A DNA stretch of 64,000 nt. Source: Escherichia coli. Its GTDB lineage: Bacteria > Pseudomonadota > Gammaproteobacteria > Enterobacterales > Enterobacteriaceae. The notes under the pieces were generated by a model. The model made no database searches and had not been told where the DNA came from. It was given only the letters and a program-made list of their open reading frames with translations. The stretch is from NCBI RefSeq assembly GCF_044647545.1, contig NZ_CP172818.1; one strand, 5' to 3'. Position 1 is the stretch's first letter; every line of letters begins with the position of its first letter. Of the stretch, positions 63,021 to 64,000 are shown piece after piece. Position numbers and translations under genes: made by a program.

Positions 63021-64000
63021 GATTGCGCCTCCGCTTCGGTTTTAGCCGCGCTCGCGTCTTCTTTAGGTACCAGCATCATCGCCACGCCAATCGCCGTTAC
63101 GCCGCCGATCAACTTGCCGACAATCATCGGGAAGATCATGGCGTTCATGTTGGCAGCGGCGAAGCCTAAGTGGTCGCCCAGGGCGAAAGCAGCGGAAACG
63201 GCGAAGGCACAGTTGATGACTTTGCCGCGGGTATCCATCTGCTTCATCATGCCAAACATCGGGATGTTGTTGGCAAGCGTTGCCACCATGCCGGCTGCCG
63301 CGATGTTGTTCATATTCAGCACCTTACCGACGCTCATCAGCGGTTTTTCAAACCAGCGAGTCAGCAGCAGCACCATCGGATACGCCCCCAGCAGCACGCA
63401 GGAGATAGAACCGATAACTTCAATGGCGCGCATCACTTCACCGGGTTTGTCGCCTGGAGCCATGAAGATCGGATCCAGACCGGGGATCAGTTCCCAACCG
63501 AGCAGGAATTTCACTACCGCAGCGGCAAGACCGAGGGTGATCAATGCAACGAGGAATTTGGCGAAGATCTGGAAGCCGTTGATCATTTTTTCCGGGATGA
63601 ATTTCAGCCCCAGCGCCACCAGCACCGCAACGATAAGTACCGGGATCATGTTCATCAGGATCAGCGCAAAGGTGAATTCCACCGGCTGACCGTTGATCTG
63701 CACACCGGAGTACATAGCAACCAGACCACCAGCAATACAGCCAATCGGAATGGTCACAATGCCCGCCAGCACGCCGAGCGCCAGATAACGACGGTCAGAA
63801 GGTTCGATAATGCCGAGCGCCACCGGAATGGAAAACACAATCGTTGGCCCCATCATCGACCCGAGAATTAACCCAGAGTATAGCCACGCTGCTACGTCGC
63901 CGCCCGCCAGCTCTTTGGCGAGGAAGAAGCCGCCCATATCGCACGCCAGCAGTGTTCCGGCGAACATTGACGGGTTTGCGCCGAGCATTTCGTAAACCGG
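63017..64000 (-). CDS. eutH: ethanolamine permease EutH, C-terminal ~325 codons (5' end lies beyond the window)
   Basis: Polytopic membrane protein frame ending at 63017; the ORF track shows 323 aa from an internal Met and the frame stays open to the window edge. Confidence 0.88.
   Translation of the reverse strand, partial: PVYEMLGANPSMFAGTLLACDMGGFFLAKELAGGDVAAWLYSGLILGSMMGPTIVFSIPVALGIIEPSDRRYLALGVLAGIVTIPIGCIAGGLVAMYSGVQINGQPVEFTFALILMNMIPVLIVAVLVALGLKFIPEKMINGFQIFAKFLVALITLGLAAAVVKFLLGWELIPGLDPIFMAPGDKPGEVMRAIEVIGSISCVLLGAYPMVLLLTRWFEKPLMSVGKVLNMNNIAAAGMVATLANNIPMFGMMKQMDTRGKVINCAFAVSAAFALGDHLGFAAANMNAMIFPMIVGKLIGGVTAIGVAMMLVPKEDASAAKTEAEAQS

Overview
This window is a contiguous stretch of core Escherichia coli chromosome running from yfdX to eutH, and I do not see a novel or undescribed system in it. 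Identification rests on recognising the translated ORFs and RNA genes from memory; no database search was run. Gene order is collinear with what I recall as the K-12 interval b2375-b2452. It contains: lpxP, alaC, the ypdABC two-component/AraC module, the cryptic fry PTS operon with two embedded aminopeptidases, glk, yfeO, ypeC, mntH, nupC, pdeA, tandem tRNA-Ala genes, yfeCD, gltX, a Val-Val-Val-Lys tRNA operon, xapRBA, yfeN, yfeR, yfeH, ypeB, ligA, zipA, cysZ, cysK-ptsHI-crr, pdxK, yfeK, cysPUWAM, ucpA, murR/murQP-yfeW, yfeXYZ, ypeA, amiA-hemF and the distal eut operon. There is no CRISPR array, integrase, transposase or foreign-looking island. The main departures from my recollection of K-12 MG1655 are three missing accessory insertions: IS186 between nupC and pdeA, yfeS between yfeK and cysM, and the CPZ-55 prophage between eutA and eutB. 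The items most worth a second look are the eutA-eutB junction and EutB start, the peptidase-containing fry operon, the REP-plus-terminator structure between cysA and cysM, the YpeC low-complexity protein and the yfeC/yfeD paralog pair. Where the ORF track gave an over-long frame, starts were moved to internal ATG/GTG codons with a Shine-Dalgarno sequence and the expected protein length.
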